Shown: one piece after another, positions 57,198 to 64,000 of the stretch
Layout: each line of letters begins with the position of its first letter
Numbering within the stretch: position 1 is the first letter of the stretch
Source of the DNA: Ascoidea asiatica JCM 7603
Lineage: Eukaryota; Fungi; Ascomycota
Reading direction: 5' to 3'
Assembly: GCA_001600695.1 (NCBI GenBank)
Contig: BCKQ01000017.1
Span: 160,629 to 224,628 of the forward strand
Length of the DNA stretch: 64,000 nucleotides
Program-made: the position numbers and the translations under genes
Notes under the pieces: generated by a model
What the model was told of the DNA's origin: nothing
The model's input: only the letters and a program-made list of their open reading frames with translations
Database searches by the model: none

Positions 57198-57857
57198 AGA
57201 ACTGCGAGCACAATATGCCTCTGCAGGGACAACAGCGTTCGCCATCTTTGAAAATTGTGCGCTAATGTTCGGTAGCGTTCGCCAGATTTTGCATTTGCGC
57301 TGTACTGTTGTTCCCAGTATTGCGCTGCTTTCTGTCGCACCTGTCGTTGCTTCGTACCCGGGTCACCCGTTGCCTCTGCAACGTCTTTATTTAAAGATCC
57401 GTGCTAAGTATCCGTACTCATCCGTGTTCATAACTTGCCGGAAGTGGCATCCTTATATAATCCATCTTGTCTTGCATTACCACTGGAAGATTTAAAGAAT
57501 TTTTTAATGGAATATTCATAGAAAAATCTATTCGAATTTTTCATTCAAATGTTTAATCGAATAATAACCAAACAATCATCTAATATTCACAGCAACAACA
57601 TCATATTTCATAGGCCCTTTTATAAAGTTTCTGATCAGCTTTTCTTAATCTTTCATGTGCTTTTTCAATCATTCATTGAAGTTCTTTCATCACTTCTAAA
57701 AACTCTCTTTCGTTCATAAACGATAACGAAAATTACCTATCTATCTTACATATTATACTATTTATATTTATTTAAATTTTAACTTAGATTTAGATTTATA
57801 TTTATATTTATATTTATATACTGAATTTAGAAAATATTTATCCATTAATCAATTTCA

Positions 57858-59651
<1,794 letters not shown>

Positions 59652-60089
59652 TTATTATTATAATATTTGTATTGATAACAATAACTATAAACAAAATGAA
59701 TTCAATAAAATAATATACCTTATATAAAATATATTTATATTTTTCTTAGCTTGAAAATGAGGTCTTTTCCAAGAACTTTATATGAAAAAAAAAGAGTTTT
59801 ATTTAAAACACAACAATTGAAAATTGAAAAGAATCAGGATAAGTCGATATTTCGATATAATTTTTCCTTTAGAGATCGCTATCAATTGAAAAAATTCTCA
59901 ATAAATAACACTTTTGAAAATAAAATGAAATTCTTGATAAACAATTGCAAAATAAAATAAATAATTTTTTTATCATCTTCCTTTTAGGGATTTTCTTTAC
60001 AAGCAAAAGTCGTCGGCAATTTTAAGTTGGGCTCACTCCACTAAAACAAAGGGATCAAAACCTTATCTGAAGAGCTCACCCGGCCGTTG

Positions 60090-60105
60090 CGGAAAGCCAG
60101 ACCCG
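60090..60105. promoter_or_regulatory. Put3 site CGG-N10-CCG (CGGAAAGCCAGACCCG) upstream of PUT2, flanked by GATA sites
   Basis: Exact N10 spacing; CTTATC at 60062, GATAAG at about 59838 and several GATAA. Confidence 0.85.
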
Positions 60106-60684
60106 CAAAATGGGATTATCTTCCTTGATTATGTAACAACTTGGTAAGCAGTAAAAGCTGATAATATTAGGCTATATTGAGATAAAACAAATTATTTTTA
60201 TTTATTTTTCATTGGAATAATTGAAATAAATAAATACTAATCAATGCAGCTTTAATGGGAAAACAACTTCGCCATTGAAGATATAAACTATATAAGAGTG
60301 ATAAAAGAGTGCTTCTGAATTAAAAGAAATTAAGTAACTATGTTCGAAAAAAGTTGAAGTGCTTTTTTTTAAAAAAACTTTTGATAGAAAAAATTTTGAT
60401 AAAATAAATAAAAAAAATAATTGAAATTATTAATTACTAAAGTTGGCTTTAAGATTTATAATCAACCAAAAAATTGACAAGGAAAAAAATTGATATTGTG
60501 TAAGTTAGTAGAAATCATAAACAAAAAAATAAAAAATAGAAATATAAAAACATATAAAAAGATATAAAAAAGGATATATAAAAAAGTTAAAAAAAATTGA
60601 AAAATAAAATCTCAAAATAATTGAAAGAAAAGAGGGAATTGAAAGAAAATAAGAGGTTTTTTATTGATAGAGTGAAGTAAAAAA

Positions 60685-63600
60685 TCACTTAGATCCCGAT
60701 TTTTTATGAGTTTTAGTTCTTCTAGTTAAAAAATTTAAAAGACTTGAATGAGAATGAGAATGAGAGTCACCTAAACTTCTTCTAGAGCTGGTTGCACTAG
60801 TATTACTAATACCAATGGACGTGGTGGATTTTAGAGGTGAAAAAGGTAATATCTTTATATCATTACCTTCTGAGAAAATTGATGATTGTAAACTAAAGCT
60901 TCTTTGAAGAGGAATACTTCTTATAGAATCTGAAATTAAAGAATCATTGGATGTATTTGATTTCTCAACTTCTTTTGCAGATACATCTGAATTGTTTTCA
61001 TCATTTTCTATTTCATTGTTTTCTAAGTTCTTATTTTCATTTTCTTCTTCAAAGATCAAATCACAGCTGACATCTTCCCCTAAAATTTTATTACTATTAC
61101 TAGTAGATCTCGAGTCTATGTTAAGAGCAGGATGTTCTAAACTATTCTCTTCTTCTGAATCAATATCAACATTCTCAGTTTTGATATTTTCTTTATTACC
61201 AGTTTGTTTATTCAACTCTTTTTTCAAACTGGGGCAATGATGTTCTTTTTCCTTACTATTTATCGTACTTGCAACATTTCCAAGAACAACACTAACCGGG
61301 GGCACTTCTATATTTTCTTTATCCAAAACCTTATTGAATGCAGGCTTCGTTCTAATACTAATTTTATCTGAATTATTGGTTTCTTCCTTAAAAGCATGAG
61401 TTGATTCTAATTTTGATTCAACATTTTCTAAATTCTCTGGGATTTTTGAAGTAGATAAAATTGCTATCTTGCCTTCATTATCTTGATTTGCTTGTTTCAA
61501 TATGGGAGAAGGAGTAATATCTGCCACAGATTGAATAGTTTTGTCTTTAGACTCAACTGCTTTTTCTGCTTTTTCTTTAGTAACTGATTCGGGATTAAGT
61601 TTAGTTTCTTCCAAATCATTTATTTTTTTAGATTCAAGTGTTTTTTGATGTTTAACGACATTGTTTGAACTATTTCCAATTAAAATTTTTGGTGGAATAT
61701 TTGCTTCCTGCTTTATTTCATTTTCTGACTTGACTTTGAACGAGAATGGAGGACCCGAATTTTGTGGGTTTAGAGTTTGAGTATTAATATTCAATAGTTT
61801 CTTTATAATTGGTGTCACATCTTTATTTGAAAAATCTTTAGTACTTGCAATATCTGAAGATAAAATAGAATTGCTCAAAGTTTTTTTACTCTTTTGATTT
61901 TTTTTTTGCTCGTTTTCCTTAAGTTCAGCTTTTTTACCTTCCTCCAGAGTTTGTATTTCAGTTCCTGCAGATTCATTAATAATTTGCGTTTTATTTTCTT
62001 TGATTTGTTCGTCTTTCAATAAAATATTTTTTGGAATTTCTAGCTTTTTATCAGTTTCAAAAAAGACCTCTTTATAGACCTTTTCATTAATTCTATTGCA
62101 AGTTTCTTTTGATATATCTTCTCCTACTTTCATTGTATCAGCTTTTTTTATCGATTGTTTTATTTCTCTAGATGATTTTACTAAATCATTTTCATAAATG
62201 GGTTCAATCTCTTTCGTTGCAACTTGCTTTTCAAAAATTTCATTACCTGATTTTTCTTCTATTTTCTTTTGCAGTTGCTCTTCTTTCATTTCTTCTTTAG
62301 GTTTTTCTTTAGCTGAATTTGACTTTTGAGCCTTAATGAGGTCAGTTTTTGAATTTTCATTGGTTACATCAACCGCCTTTTTGAGATTCGAATCCCTGGA
62401 TTCAGATGAATTCAAAGATGAATGTTTTGAAAAGTCTTTAAAACTATCCATATTAGCATCTATTTTTTCAAAGTTGATACTTTTAGTGAGAAGTTCCTGA
62501 TTATGATCTGGAGTAACATTTTCTACGTATGAATGTTCTTGACTTAAATTGCTTTGGTCAAATTTTTCATGGGCTGTTTTTTCATCCTTATTTAATAGAG
62601 CTTCGGGAGAAGGCTTTACAACCAGATTTTCAAGTTTCTTAGAATCTATATCTTTTTGTCCTATAGCCATATTTTTTTCAATTATACTTTTTGAAATATC
62701 CTCAAAGCCACTATCACTTGTCAAATTTGCTAAAGGAATGTCCTCGTTTACATCTAAAAAATCAGGAGGTATTTCTTCTCGTTTAAGTTCATTCAACTTC
62801 ACAAGTTCATTCAAAGGCTCCCAATTATTATCAATGCCTTCTAATTTGAAGTTATAACTCTTGAAATCTTTGAAACTTGGACTTCTTTTAAATTTACCAA
62901 ATTCTTCCTTATCTTCAGATAAATCTTCATTTGAAAACATAGTTTGGTTAATATCTTCATTTTCATTTTCCTCGCCTTCATCTTCAGCATCTTCTTCAGC
63001 TTCATTCTCCAATATGGGAGCAATAAAATCACACATTTCATAAAAGGGAACTGGTTCCTCATATTCTTTTTTTTCTTCATATGGATTATTTTTTGTTGTT
63101 AGATAATGAACTCTAGACTCGATAAACTTGTCTAATTGTTCATTAGCATTATATGGATCGCTACAAAATGTAGAAGTAGATTTCTTTAATCTTATACTTG
63201 TATCAGCTTCTTGATTAGTTATCACCTTTTTTTTTGTGTCATCCAGCTTTATTCCTTCCACTTTAGAAAGTGAGGGATCAAATGCCATTTCTATGTTTGA
63301 CAGGTCTTCATTTCTGGAAGAATCCAAAGGAAATTTTCTAGTAGGGTCAGGTGCAAAAGGTTCCCATGGAAATATAAACCTTGAATGTTGCTCAATTTGA
63401 TCTCCAAGCTTATTTTCAGAGCCTAGAGAGTTAACAACCTTTTTATTATCATCAGAAATTTTAGAGGTCTTTTGCTCATCTCCTATAGGTAAAATCTCTT
63501 CTTCTTTATTTGATACCTCTTTCTCTATAATTTTTTTATGAATGGCTGAGCTTCTATGTTTTTTTTGTTTTTTCTTTTTCTCTTTGATTTTTCCCTTGCC

Positions 63601-64000
63601 TGAAGGATAAAATTTTTTTGTCTGTTCTTCAAGAATTTTTTTTTTCTTTTCACGGTCATTATTTAGCCATTCAAGTCTTTGTTTATCTTTTTGCTCTTGT
63701 AAAGCTTTCATCACTTCAAATTTTTCTCTTCTTTTTTTTTCAAGCTTTTGAATTTGAAGCCAATCATTTTTAGCCTTTAGTTCTTCAGAAAGCCATTTTT
63801 CCTTAGCGATACGTTCATTTTCTATCCATTTTTCTTTTTCTCTTTCCTTGTGCTGCTTTTCAGCTTCAAATATTTTTTTTTTTTCCTTTTCTCTGAGACG
63901 AGCTTTTTCTAAACCAACAAGTTCTTGCTTCAACCATTCTTGTTTCGCAGCTTCCTCTTTATTTAACCATTCTGAAATATCAGCCTCTTCCTGTTTTTTT
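60685..64000 (-). CDS. 3' part of a large protein (more than 1100 aa), probably the C-terminal region of a glycogenin; 5' end lies outside the window
   Basis: Frame stays open to position 64000 (the track start at 63933 is TTG); IFPWE....PTRKFP resembles the fungal glycogenin C-terminal motif; the rest is charged low-complexity sequence. Confidence 0.55.
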   Translation of the reverse strand, partial: KKQEEADISEWLNKEEAAKQEWLKQELVGLEKARLREKEKKKIFEAEKQHKEREKEKWIENERIAKEKWLSEELKAKNDWLQIQKLEKKRREKFEVMKALQEQKDKQRLEWLNNDREKKKKILEEQTKKFYPSGKGKIKEKKKKQKKHRSSAIHKKIIEKEVSNKEEEILPIGDEQKTSKISDDNKKVVNSLGSENKLGDQIEQHSRFIFPWEPFAPDPTRKFPLDSSRNEDLSNIEMAFDPSLSKVEGIKLDDTKKKVITNQEADTSIRLKKSTSTFCSDPYNANEQLDKFIESRVHYLTTKNNPYEEKKEYEEPVPFYEMCDFIAPILENEAEEDAEDEGEENENEDINQTMFSNEDLSEDKEEFGKFKRSPSFKDFKSYNFKLEGIDNNWEPLNELVKLNELKREEIPPDFLDVNEDIPLANLTSDSGFEDISKSIIEKNMAIGQKDIDSKKLENLVVKPSPEALLNKDEKTAHEKFDQSNLSQEHSYVENVTPDHNQELLTKSINFEKIDANMDSFKDFSKHSSLNSSESRDSNLKKAVDVTNENSKTDLIKAQKSNSAKEKPKEEMKEEQLQKKIEEKSGNEIFEKQVATKEIEPIYENDLVKSSREIKQSIKKADTMKVGEDISKETCNRINEKVYKEVFFETDKKLEIPKNILLKDEQIKENKTQIINESAGTEIQTLEEGKKAELKENEQKKNQKSKKTLSNSILSSDIASTKDFSNKDVTPIIKKLLNINTQTLNPQNSGPPFSFKVKSENEIKQEANIPPKILIGNSSNNVVKHQKTLESKKINDLEETKLNPESVTKEKAEKAVESKDKTIQSVADITPSPILKQANQDNEGKIAILSTSKIPENLENVESKLESTHAFKEETNNSDKISIRTKPAFNKVLDKENIEVPPVSVVLGNVASTINSKEKEHHCPSLKKELNKQTGNKENIKTENVDIDSEEENSLEHPALNIDSRSTSNSNKILGEDVSCDLIFEEENENKNLENNEIENDENNSDVSAKEVEKSNTSNDSLISDSIRSIPLQRSFSLQSSIFSEGNDIKILPFSPLKSTTSIGISNTSATSSRRSLGDSHSHSHSSLLNFLTRRTKTHKKSGSK

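Overview
Very AT-rich nuclear DNA from a budding yeast (Saccharomycotina; species cannot be determined from this window), with abundant poly-Asn and short tandem repeats. It holds about 23 protein genes: MRPS5, a Zn2Cys6 transcription factor, an unidentified 902-aa mitochondrial-looking protein, TRP2 (probably spliced), MSH3, an F-box protein, GRS1, COX18, MRPL10, an NDT1/YIA6-type carrier, RAD33, TAF7, TFC4, a divergent H4/H3 pair, RAD51, CWC15, RFA2, SEC1, eIF4A, BUD6, CBP4, ERG1, PUT2 and the 3' part of a large, probably glycogenin-like gene. There is also an intron-containing tRNA-Ser(CGA). The best signal missed by the ORF track is a non-coding spliced host unit at about 7.8-8.35 kb. Its intron (GTATGT...TACTAAC...TAG) carries a box C/D snoRNA whose guide is complementary to 18S rRNA at the equivalent of human Um1288, a site not methylated in S. 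cerevisiae. Other notable points: a hairpin-dense GC island upstream of the NAD carrier, H3 L20I, a divergent eIF4A, a Zn cluster with a 20-residue loop, a recurrent TATACWGTAT element at convergent gene junctions, clustered ACGGA promoter motifs, and recognisable Put3, Upc2, Gcn4, MCB, Mcm1 and Puf3 sites. No mobile element was recognised. Gene calls rest on recalled family motifs, not database searches.
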